The position numbers were made by a program, and so were the translations under genes. Below the pieces are notes generated by a model that made no database searches, was not told where the DNA came from, and worked only from the letters and a program-made list of their open reading frames with translations. A stretch of 63,089 nucleotides of DNA, the filler included, from Polymyxa betae A26-41 (Eukaryota; Protista; Endomyxa: Phytomyxea): assembly GCA_003693705.1 (NCBI GenBank). It is 5 parts of 5 records of this genome, joined end to end, with 100 filler letters (N's around TTAATTAATTAA, not from the genome) between each part and the next. Parts side by side here need not be neighbours in the genome. Positions count along the whole stretch, not along the records: positions 28,416 to 44,518 come from RBZT01000095.1; positions 44,619 to 56,391 come from RBZT01000431.1; 3 more parts are not named here. One strand, given 5' to 3'. Positions 36,651 through 47,229 of this stretch are shown one piece after another. Positions within the stretch are counted from its first letter, which is position 1. Each line of letters begins with the position of its first letter.

Positions 36651-37981
36651 GGTTGTGGTATTTGGTAGATTTTATCGGATTGGATTTTCCTATATCGTTG
36701 ATTATCATCAGTTCTAAAGAGGCGGTGATGTCTCCTATTCACATGGCCTAATAGACACATATGGTCACATTAGGAGCTCCTTCATTTCAGTTTCGTAGCA
36801 GAATTTCCTTCATCCGTTTTGTATCAGGACTCTTGGTGATTATCCTTGACGATTGATTACTCTCTTTCATGTCGCTGTTTACCCGATTCGTCGCAAATCC
36901 GATGAACTGAAATGCTTCAAGATATTTGTTGCAGCTGTGGAGGCTGAGCCCGGAGCTGGCTTTAGCAACACATTGAGTTTCGAATAATGGAGGCGATTAT
37001 GTCGGTCAAGATTTTATCGATTTCCTTGTGCATCAATCCTTTCCCATTAAAGTTACGTGATGCCGAGTTCGGGTCAGTTAATCTCCGGCTGAAAACTAGA
37101 CTGCTACGGCATGGTATTTCCGAATCCTGTACTCCGCAAATAAAATCAGAGTTCGGATATCTCAAAAATGCTTACAGAGGGGAATCTCATATTAAGTCAG
37201 CAATTGGCAATTGCAGCTCGTTGTTTCCGGGCGTTTCAATGCTTTAAGAGATTTGGAGGCCGGTCGCAACAGTGTTCCTAAGTTAAGGTTTGAGAAGCTC
37301 TCTCAACAGTCAAAAGAGAAAACAGCCTTCTGATTTGTCGCTAGAAGAGATTCTCCTGTCAAGCCAATTTGAAGCGCTCGTGAATTTTAATCTGTTTCTG
37401 ATCTCATCGGCAGCGTGGCGGCATTCCAGGAAGCGTTTAGGAAGATCTGGCTCAAAACAGCAGAAACGTCGCCATCGGGTGAGTTGCTCGACCTCGGCCT
37501 CAGCGGTTCGCCAACAATCGATAGAAACGTTCTAACAACAACGATAGAAAGAGGGTTTTCTATCTAGGGTTTTCGAATGGGAAAAATGAACCCTTCTAGT
37601 CTTCACAGTTACAAGAACTGCGGATCAGAGGGCCAACACCAACACAGCAACAAAATGGCCGTGTAAGATGAGTCGGCCACCAACCGAGTCGCCCTTTCAA
37701 CAAGGGGATGCTGTCTATAATAAAATTCCGATCCAACAGCAACCACGAAACATGACGATTTTGTACTTAGGCTAAAAAACACCAAAATAAGAATCGTGGC
37801 TGCCAGTCAGACCTCTCTGACTACGCAAAAACTTCCAAACAAAAGCTGAAATCGCTTTTTTTTTACCCGAAACGATCGAGTCAGAAAAAAAACTGCGCCA
37901 CGGCAATCCGGCCCAACGAGTCAAAAACAAATCACGATCAAACCATCATCTTCTCGTTGCCCACGAATACCCCCCGGAACA

Positions 37982-40903
37982 ATGCTCGTCCAGCTGCTCT
38001 GTTTCCTGTTGGCGTTCGTCGTGCTGGCCCAGTACGGCCTGGGGCCGTCGCGTCGCGCTCTGCACACCGCCGTCCATGTCCTGTCGCCGCTGGGTCGTAC
38101 CGGCCCGCCGCTGTTCCCGCCCCGATTCCTACGGCATCTCGACTCGCTGGCGATCACGCTCCGAAACAGGTAGGAGGCGCCGCCTTTCGATTTCTCGCAG
38201 CGCTGTTTTTTTGATGCGTTTCTCTTGTTGTTTTTTGTTTTTTTTTTGGGGATTGTTTTTCTGAGTCTCAGAACAGGTCGTTTAGCGGCAATAGGCGCGG
38301 CGATCCGTTCCTGATCGCCGACCTCTGCGCCAGCGGCGTCGTCCTGAACCTGTGCCTGCGCCGATGGCCGCTCGAGGGCGACATCCCCGTCATGGTCCGG
38401 CCCGTCCCGAGCCCGTCCAGGTCCGCAGACCACGAACAGTGGCTGCTGCGGCTGCTCCGCCATTACATTCAGCTGTGCGCGGCCACCCGAGACGCCCCCA
38501 CCACCCCGGACCAGTACGAGGCCCTGGTTCGGTTCGCTCTGGCTCTGATCTTTCGCTTTCCGGATCCGGAATCGTTGGTGACGCTGTACGACGGCGATTC
38601 GATACTGTGGGCGTTGTCGGAGGCCGCCACGCTCACGGACTTCGGCGCGGACGTGACGGTGTTGCTGCGGGCGCTGCCGGTGAATGCGCTCCCGGATACT
38701 CCGCTGAATCGGCGGCTGCTGCGGAACATTCTCAGGTATTGTTTATGTTCTGCGGCAGTAGTTTCGGTTACTGATGACGTTACAGAGCGCGCGGCGTTTC
38801 GATTCCTGCGCAGCTGGCCGCCAACATGCTCTTTTCTTGGCGCCTGTTAGTCGACATCTATTGTTTAAACATTTTCTTGATATTTGACCGTTTTTTCCCA
38901 ATGACGATTAAAAGTTTCAAAAAAAATCAGAAAACTGGTTGAACGTAATCCATCCAAAATATTTTTATTTTCGTAATTTTTCCAAATTTTTGTGACCAAA
39001 CCGTGCCAAACTATTTCACTGTGACAAGCGTTCTGTCAACTGTTGTGAAAATTCAAAATCAAAACTTTTTTCAAAATTTTATCTTTTCTGATTCTGAATG
39101 TTTCGAATACAGGAATATCTTTGGAGACGAATCGGATGCGCTCATCACCGATGCCCTGCTGGATTGCGTGATGCTCGGCACGAGGGAATACTCGACCGCG
39201 AATTTCCTGCGCCAGTTCGTATTCGCGCCCTGGTCTGTGGCCTCCGTCTTCATTCATTGCCCTCTGCTGAATGTGACAATCACAGGCTGCGATTCCATCG
39301 CGATCGCGAACATGCCGAGCTCGGCCACCTCCCTGCGGACGCCGCACTGGCCCGAGTCGCATCGATCGTGCTTCGCGCCAGAACCTGGGACAGTTCGCTG
39401 TTTCGGAAGTTCAGCGACGCGACGCCTTTAGAACGGCTTCAAATGTGGCGTTTGATTCTTTCAAGGTTCGAATTTTTTGTTTTCGTTTTGTTCAACAATA
39501 ATCTTTGGAAAGAATTTTGAAAAATGATTTATTCAATGTTTTTGAATTTCTTCCAAAACGCAGCTCTGTGCAGCTATTCTATTCTCTTTGATAGCAGATT
39601 TTTTTCAATATTTCTGAAAAGTTTTCTCACTTTGCGTGACTGTATTGCGTGTTGACAACCTAAAAGGTACCTGGATGATCTCGAGACTCAATCTGATGGC
39701 AGCGTTCCGCCTGGTCCGGATTGCGGACCGAGCTGCGGATCCTCTGATTCTAACGCAGGAGATGAGATTCCAAACCCGACAATATTAGGGGACGATCATA
39801 TAATTTCTTCCCTATTCACACAGACTTTGAGAAACAACGGAGAGATGACGAAGCAGGATTTCAATGAAGTGAACCTGGCTGCGCACTTCGTTTCGTTACA
39901 TACACACTGCACACATAATACGTTACCGTCCACGTTTCAGCTCATAAAACGATGCCTTCTGGGTGACGCTTCTGGGTGCTCCACCAAGCTACGTTTCGGT
40001 AACGTGGTTCGTGAGCCGGAGACGCTCGGGATCCGAAACGTGAATCAGCTGGCCGCGTTGGCGTTCCTGCACGACCCGGACTTTGAAACGATACTGAATT
40101 ACTCGAGGGGAGACAACTACGCTGTGGCACGGGAGCTGTTACAGTCACTGTTTAACACGTCGCCGCCTGCCGTCCAGACTTTCACATACTGGGCCACGGA
40201 CCCGATGCTATTCGCACAATTTTTGCCCGTAACGCTGGAGCTCGTGACCAGTAGGAGATTTGTCTACAGTGTAACGTATTCATGACCGCGGTTGTTAGGG
40301 CGCTTTGCATACTCCTTCATTACACCGAGTTCGATCCGCAAGGTCGGTTTTTCATTTGTAAAACAAAATCTTCAGTTCTTTTCGAAACAAAATGTTTTAC
40401 TTTAAAAAAAATTATATTTAAAGTTAAAAAATAATCGGATTTTCGTACTTTTCAGTTTTTTTCGAACCAAAATGTTTTACTAAAAATTTTTTTTTTCTGA
40501 AATGTCATTTTTTCGAAATTTCTTATTCTGTCTGGAAACGTGTTTGGTTTTGTGCAAAGAAGAGCTGAACAAAATGCTGTCGAAGCAATTTTCAAATTTG
40601 GAATACCCTTTTTGAAATCCTTTCTGATTCGTTTTGCAGATTGGTTCGGAACCCCGTGATTGTTCAATCTGTATCGACAACATCAACGACACGATGTTGG
40701 CGTTAGAGTGCCTTCACGAGTTCCATTCGTATTGTATCTCTGCTTGGGTGTTGCAAGAGGGCAACGCGTCCTGTCCCATCTGTCGTCGGGCCGTACAGTT
40801 CCCGGCGATGACCCACGCACGCTTCCTGCAGCTCGTCCACAATAACCCATTGCTACCTCAATCCTGGGACCGATTGTCCACGGCGTCCGCCTTCCGGCCG
40901 TGA
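37982..40903 (+). CDS. Putative multi-exon protein with N-terminal hydrophobic segment and C-terminal RING-H2 (E3 ligase-like)
   Basis: MLVQLLCFLLAFVVLAQ start. GC-rich exons are separated by T/A-run introns with GT..AG ends (e.g. ~38170-38277, ~40343-40639). Last exon reads CSIC...CLHEFHSYC...W...CPIC. The RING motif is secure; the exon joining is inferred. Confidence 0.65.
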
Positions 40904-41438
40904 TACCGTCGACTGTAATACATGATACCTATCAGAGCGCTTCCAAATTGTTTTTTTTTATTGAAAACTTTAATAAAAAGTTGCGCCACCTGACGGCTCG
41001 GCATATAGGCCGCGCTGACAGCGAAAGACTGCGACTGCAAGAGAGAGGGGAAACGATTTCTTGATTCATTTTTCTCTTTCCCTTTAATACCGTAGTGCAA
41101 TTATAGCCGATTATAAATCCATGCTGGCAGCCTCAAAACAACAGATGGGATCATTATTGCATTAAGCAACATTCTCTGCAGATGATAGCTCCGGCAGACC
41201 AGACCAAGACAGTGGATTCTCAGCCGCATCTGCCACACGATATAGAAAAATCCAATCCAATCTCCCAAATCTGTGTTGTGATTTCTCTCAACGCGGGGAG
41301 AACCCACAATTTCTCCATGGGATTTGAATTTTTTGGAATTCAGGAACTCAATAACTTGGCAGTTGACAACACGCTAGGTAGTCTGACCATCAGACAACGT
41401 TGCTGCTGATTTGAATGTATCTTTCCTATGTGGCATTC

Positions 41439-41517
41439 ACCCTAAAAGCCCTAAAAACCCACCTAAAAAAACCTAAAAAGCCCTTACAAAAAGCCGTAAA
41501 AAAAAGCCCCCTAAAGA
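41439..41517. repeat. Degenerate telomere-like (CCCTAAAA)n tract
   Basis: ccctaaaagccctaaaaacccacctaaaaaaacctaaaaagcccttacaaaaagccgtaaaaaaaagccccctaaag. Confidence 0.6.
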
Positions 41518-41621
41518 AGCTCGAAAAACGTAATCTCGCCAGTGGGAGTAACCCGCGCGGAAAATTGTGCGTTCTCCAAGCGTGGAGAGAAATCACTTCT
41601 GCCCAAATCTCACCACCGCGA

Positions 41622-43840
41622 TACAGAACAATCTGCCAAAACTGCGCGCAGAATTGTGCTCCGACGACAGAGGCTCGTAAGGCCGAAGTCCGACGATGTT
41701 TAGACTCCACTTGCCTAACAATGTTTGGTCGAGCGATTCCCTTCCTCATACTGAGTCTATCTGAGTGCTTCGCTGCATTCAGTCTTGGGCCTATTAATGT
41801 TACAGACTCATTAGAAGAGACTCCTGATAGAATTTATCCTTTCGATCTCAATATCAGTGTCTATCCTCCCGATATCAATATCAGTCTCTATAATCCCGAC
41901 CTCCATACTGTAAACACAGATTAAGACTGCTGTATCAGGAAGAGGTCACATCTCATCTACCTGATCTTGGAGCACTATCAACATCAACCTCTTTATCACA
42001 CCATACAGATATTGTTCCGGTTTTACCTCCTATTCATGAAACTATCAATGTAATTTCCTTCCTTATCAAGTTTAAGATGTTTTAAATTGTTGATATTTTA
42101 TCAGAATAATGAACCAGCTGAAACTATCTCCCGGAAACGTCCTCGTTATACCGAGACAACCGGCCTTTTGTATTCCTTCAATCATGATGTGACTGATATC
42201 AATGATTATAACAGTCTCTGTAAATTTCAGGTGATTTTTTGATAAGCCCTTTTGTCCCTCTGTATTTTGAAATTATATTAGATCAAAGAGCCGTGCGTTG
42301 AAGAACTTCTGTGTCTGTCTTCAAGGACCGATGATGATTCAGGCCAATGCTTCAAGATCAACTGTCCATCAATTATCAATGTGAAAGGACATGATCTGGA
42401 TCTGAGCGAAATCAAAAGAATCCCGTTAGCTCAGAGCACACAACAGAAGCTGATTCTGATTGCGAATCTGTATCGGAAATTGATCTGGGCAAGGAAGGTT
42501 GATGGGAGAATACTCCATTGGATGTATCAGGTGTGTCGTCCTGTACTACGATGTGTCACGAAATGCTGTCAGAAAGATCTCCAGAGATTCCAGACAGTCT
42601 GGGGGAATCTCTTCAATCACTTCAAACTCCAGAAAGAATGTTCCGGAAATGAATGCCGATCGATATTGTTCGCTGCTGATCTGTCTATGAATCAGGTCCG
42701 AGATAGATCTTTCATCTCTATTGACCATCCTGCTCTACAGAATGACGAGAATGCCTCCCTAAAACGGATGATATTCTGTTCACCACCAACGGATTTTTCT
42801 CTGACAATGTTTACCGTGCTGTTTGCATTTCATACATTGTTTGATTTTAATGTGGAGAAGATCACAGACTACACTACTCTGTGTGCTTTTCTGGTGAGAT
42901 TTATTCATATTGAATGGAGAATTTCACACTGAATCTGTCGTTCAGAAAAAGCACCTGATGATGACGAATACGCGTTTCTTACTGATACGAACATATTGTT
43001 CCCATCAAATGGCAACAAACACGCTGCCAAAGACCCCATTATTATCAAAGTTCTTGATGATCAGCTCATATTGACCGAAACTTCGGAAATATCATCTTCA
43101 AAGACTACGTTACAGAAGTTGATATTGATGGCCAGTTTATGTCTGAAAATAGGTCGGGCCAAGATTACCGACCCGACACTGAACCTGAATCGTGAACGCT
43201 GTAACAATTGGCTGTGACGAACATGTTACCCAATTCTTTCTTGTGTCCGAATATGTTGTCAGAATGATCTTCGGACTTTTCTGTGTCGATGGGGAAATCC
43301 GTTTTCGCATTCTGGGTTTCAAAGACTTTGCTCAAGGCACACTGGCAAGAGTAACCAGTGCGGATTTGAAACTCTCATTGTCACTAACAATATGAAATAC
43401 TCCATCAAATCACAACTTGTTGGTGATAGGAGAGGCCTGCTCATTGTGTATTGAGATATTCTCTAAAAAGAGTTGATACGGTATTACTGTGTTCAAGTTT
43501 ATTTGTATGATCTGATTATACCACAGAAGCTGATGTTGGAGTGTATTCAACGACTGAATGATGAACTGAAAGAGCGGAATTTGAATTCATCATCTGATCT
43601 GAGTGAATATCTCGGAGATTCTCTTCATCCAATATTATACTGTCTTGAACATCATTGTAATAATGATGTCAATTATTTCTCTCATATATTTGGACATTAT
43701 ATAGATCATTATCAATTTCAACACAATTACTGTCCTAGACCTACTGGACAATGTCCTGCTCTATCTGATTCAAACTCTACACAATTTGTCACTACGTAAA
43801 CTGTTGATAAAGCGTTTCTTATCTCTAAGAATGTTCATAA
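41622..43840 (+). repeat. Right arm of inverted duplication; more decayed paralogue
   Basis: ORFs 42381-42932, 42996-43217 (premature stop) and 43473-43799 match the left-arm ORFs. Confidence 0.9.
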
Positions 43841-44518
43841 TTTCCGCAGAGAAGTATCTCATAAAGTTTTTTCTCTACTGGGATAGGTTTTGAAAAGAAC
43901 CGAACTTGCCCAGATGGCTGATAGAAGCACAATTCAGATGGCCAAGGCGTCCATACTAATTCAGGATGGAATCCGATGGCACGGAGCTCGAAGAAGGCTT
44001 GGTAGAAAGGGCTGCACGGTATCTAGGCGGAACAAATCTCCAGTTTTTTTGCCAGTTGCGCACAAATTTGCCAATTCACAAATCTTTTGTAATAGAGAAT
44101 CGAGATAAGCGACCATATCTCGATACATGTGGAAAGGTAATCCAGTATAACTCGGAAGGACGGCGCTCTTTGTCATTTGCGGAGCTTCATTATGATAAGA
44201 ATTGAGCATAGTCCACATTTCATTTGCAGTTGTCTAATGTCTTGTCCATAATCTTCGTTTCCATTTCAGCATCATCTCAACGGACTTTTAACAAGCGCAT
44301 TGCGTGAGATTGAAATGTTGAAGTGCAGCAGTGTTAGATGCTTTAGAGCAGCTTCGGCATTATTTATGATACTCCGGACAGTTATTATGATCTTTTTGCA
44401 TCACTCTTGACAGAACGGCTGCATCATGGTAACTTAAACGTGATCGTGACCCATCCTACATTCCGTTCCAAAAGTCTCTCAGCCACTCTCTGTTACTGCG
44501 TGACGCTCGCCGAACTGC

Positions 44519-44618
44519 NNNNNNNNNNNNNNNNNNNNNNNNNNNNNNNNNNNNNNNNNNNNTTAATTAATTAANNNNNNNNNNNNNNNNNNNNNNNNNN
44601 NNNNNNNNNNNNNNNNNN
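44519..44618. other. Artificial contig linker
   Basis: N44-TTAATTAATTAA-N44. Confidence 0.99.
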
Positions 44619-44626
44619 GCTTCATT

Positions 44627-44801
44627 CAGCTCAGTCCGTACGGTGTCCGTACGGACCTCTGGGAGTCGAGCCCAATATTATTAGAGTAGGTCTTCATACT
44701 TCATCAATGTTCGCATCTTTAGTACGCATCAGATTTATGCGTCAGTCTTCGAGTCTTATTGCGGACGCAGTTCCATCAAACTGCGTACGCTATTTTTGGG
44801 A
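44627..44801. repeat. Hairpin-rich repeat, diverged copy 3 (inverted relative to 1-281)
   Basis: Reverse complement reads TCCCAAAAATAGCGTACGCAGTTTGATGGAACTGCG...GACGCATAAATCTGATGC...GTCCGTACGGACACCGTACGGAC. Confidence 0.9.
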
Positions 44802-45376
44802 AAATCAGAAGTTTTATGTAATTTTTAATAAATCTGATACACATGCTCAATGGACATGACAGACTGTAGAGGAGCGAATACATTAGTTGTAAGATTTAGG
44901 AAAGCAAGTCAATTTAACGCATATACATCAAACAATACAAATATATCTATAAAACCAACTAACGTTTTCACTAAAATTTCTTTAAAACATAACGGAAAAG
45001 AATTAAGAGCAGATCCATTAATTGTTAATGATGAATACATGCTTAAAGAATTATTCCGAGTTTATGGACTTAGAAATGATAATGATAATGGTTCGTTAGT
45101 TAAACGCAGTAATTATGGTTGTGCTGACCTTGCTGGTGCCGAAGTCGCATGGACATTAGCATCCGCTGAAAGAGCTTGCCCGCAATATTATCTCGCATTT
45201 GATTTAACGAAAAATGGAATTAACTCGGGAATTGATTTATTAAACGGCGGAAATCTGATATTTTTTCTCCACAAGGCGCAGATGTTCCCACTTCATTAGA
45301 TTACATTGACTGTTTTTTGATCCATTCAGCAGTTTGCGTCGTGGAAGACCGCAATAATTTGGAAGTTAAGTATTAA
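44802..45376 (+). pseudogene. Putative Polinton-like-virus/virophage major capsid protein, C-terminal half (frameshifted)
   Basis: AT-rich and beta-strand-like: LVVRFR...ISLKHNG...YYLAFDLTK..INSGIDL. A frameshift in the T-run near 45260-45267 gives FSPQGADVPTSLDYIDCFLIHSAVCVVEDRNNLEVKY*. Recognised by eye only. Confidence 0.6.
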
Positions 45377-45440
45377 GCAATATAAATTATAAAATATTAT
45401 ATACTAAAACTTGTATTTTTTATTTTATTATATAATATTA

Positions 45441-45782
45441 ATGGAAAATCCAAGTGAAATTCAAGAAGAGAAAGTAAAAAAACAATCTAAAAAATCAGAA
45501 ACAAGTCGAAAAAATTTAGAAGTTGCTCGCAGTTCAAGAAAAAAAGTGTATGAAGAAAGAAAACAGTCTAAAAAGATACTGGGTAAAATTAAAGAAAAGC
45601 ATGATTTAAAAAAACTCATGAAAGAAGAAATTGAAAAAGTAGAAGAAGATAGTGAAGAAACGCAACAACCATCACCAGAAAAAGAAGAACAAACAGAAGA
45701 AGAAGAGCAAGTTATTATTGTAAAGAAACCGAAATCTAAAAAACAATCGAAAAAAATAGTTTATATAGATATTTCTGGATAA
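45441..45782 (+). CDS. K/E-rich protein, probably part of the same viral-like island, truncated
   Basis: ATG follows an AT-rich TATATAATA spacer. KKSETSRKNLEVARSSRKK. Intronless, A-rich codons. Confidence 0.6.
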   Translation: MENPSEIQEEKVKKQSKKSETSRKNLEVARSSRKKVYEERKQSKKILGKIKEKHDLKKLMKEEIEKVEEDSEETQQPSPEKEEQTEEEEQVIIVKKPKSKKQSKKIVYIDISG

Positions 45783-45879
45783 ATAATTCATACAAATCAA
45801 CATGCACTACTCGAGCTCTGCCGTAATTGGTTTGAGAGACGAACTTATGTTTCACTCTGAAAGAACAGCATTGCAATGG

Positions 45880-46730
45880 CAGCGATAGTATATGCTAATG
45901 ATAGTATTAACGATCGAGTCCATGATGACGCTCACAGACTCATCCACGACACGAGAATGTTTCACAACAACACGACCTTGCACAATGCAGACTCGTTGCG
46001 GATCGTGATCGACAACGGCTTCGAGGTCTTCGGCTTGCCAATGACTATCCTTTTTGAACCACGTCTCGAAGGTTTTGTCCAGAAGCGGGATGAAGGGAAC
46101 GGGCTTTTGGCCGCGCCGCGAACAGATCATGAAGAAGTAACCAACATCCTCGCTGGTCAGCAGCTGTTTCGTCGCATGAGGGAAGTTCTCGACGAAAAGC
46201 GAGACGATCGAATCGAATCGGGCTGAAGCAGGTCGTCGGCGGATTGCAGCAGGCTTTTATCAGATGCGTCCGAGAAGCGCTCCTGAATGCGAATCAAGAA
46301 GTCGAAGACGATGATGCGGTTCGCCAAGCCCGAAATCAAGGATATGGGTATCGCCAGTAGATGAGCTTTCTCCCAGAGGACAGATTTGCAGCAGATTTGT
46401 TCGGCGAGCGAGAATAGATTCTCACTGAAGCGATGATCGGCGCCAGAATCAGTGGATTAGACCGAAACCGAAAGCTTTTCAGCGGGAAAACTGAGGTCGA
46501 AGCGCTCGATATCATCAGCGACGAGGTCGACAGAGTCTTTCAGGAGGTCGGTGTGAAACGGAACAGAAATCGGAAGGAATCTGGTCGCTAGCTTAAGGCG
46601 GCGTTTGTTGAATAAGACTCTCATCTTGGCCAGGTTTCGCTTTCATCTTGAGGAGCGCCAGGTTCAAGCCGTGTAAACTCTGCGGATGCCCAGCGGAAAC
46701 GAACGCTCGTGGACCGTTGGATATCGAATA
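45880..46730 (-). pseudogene. FAS1: Fungal-type type-I fatty acid synthase beta-chain fragment (acetyltransferase end fused to enoyl-reductase end)
   Basis: NGPRAFVSAGHPQSLHGLNL...RFLPISVPFH...THILDFGLG, then DFLIRIQERF...QKPVPFIPLLDKTFETWFKKDSHWQAEDLEAVVDHDPQRVCIVQG. These closely parallel yeast Fas1 motifs as I recall them. Frameshifts and a stop are present. Confidence 0.85.
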
Positions 46731-47229
46731 CGGAACTGTTCATGAGATAATCATACAGGGAACCCAGTCTATCGGACGCGGACCAATTCCAGGACGCCAG
46801 CGATGCCGATCGATCTGAAAAAGATCCATGATATTGATGCACCGTTGAAATGTTGACCTACAAAGAAAGCGTCATTATTATTGGGTCCGAATAAACACAA
46901 AAATGTGAAAGAAAAGGAATGAAAATAAACTGAACAGAAACTTGACTGATCAAGAAGAGTTGATTTTGTCAGCAAGCCATGGGAACACAAGAGAAAGCAT
47001 CGTACGATGAGACAGGCGAGTGAAATGTTCACTCTCAGGGACACCGAATGATCCTCGGGATAAAGAGTAAAAAAATGAATACAAATAAAGAAATACAATC
47101 AAAGGATTCGAAAAATGAAAGATTTCGAAAAACACCGAAAACTTCCGTCAAGGCCGCCAGGATTTGCCCATCTCGAACTGGACCCTACAATATTTTACCA
47201 TAAATACAGATTATAATCCATTTCGTAAA

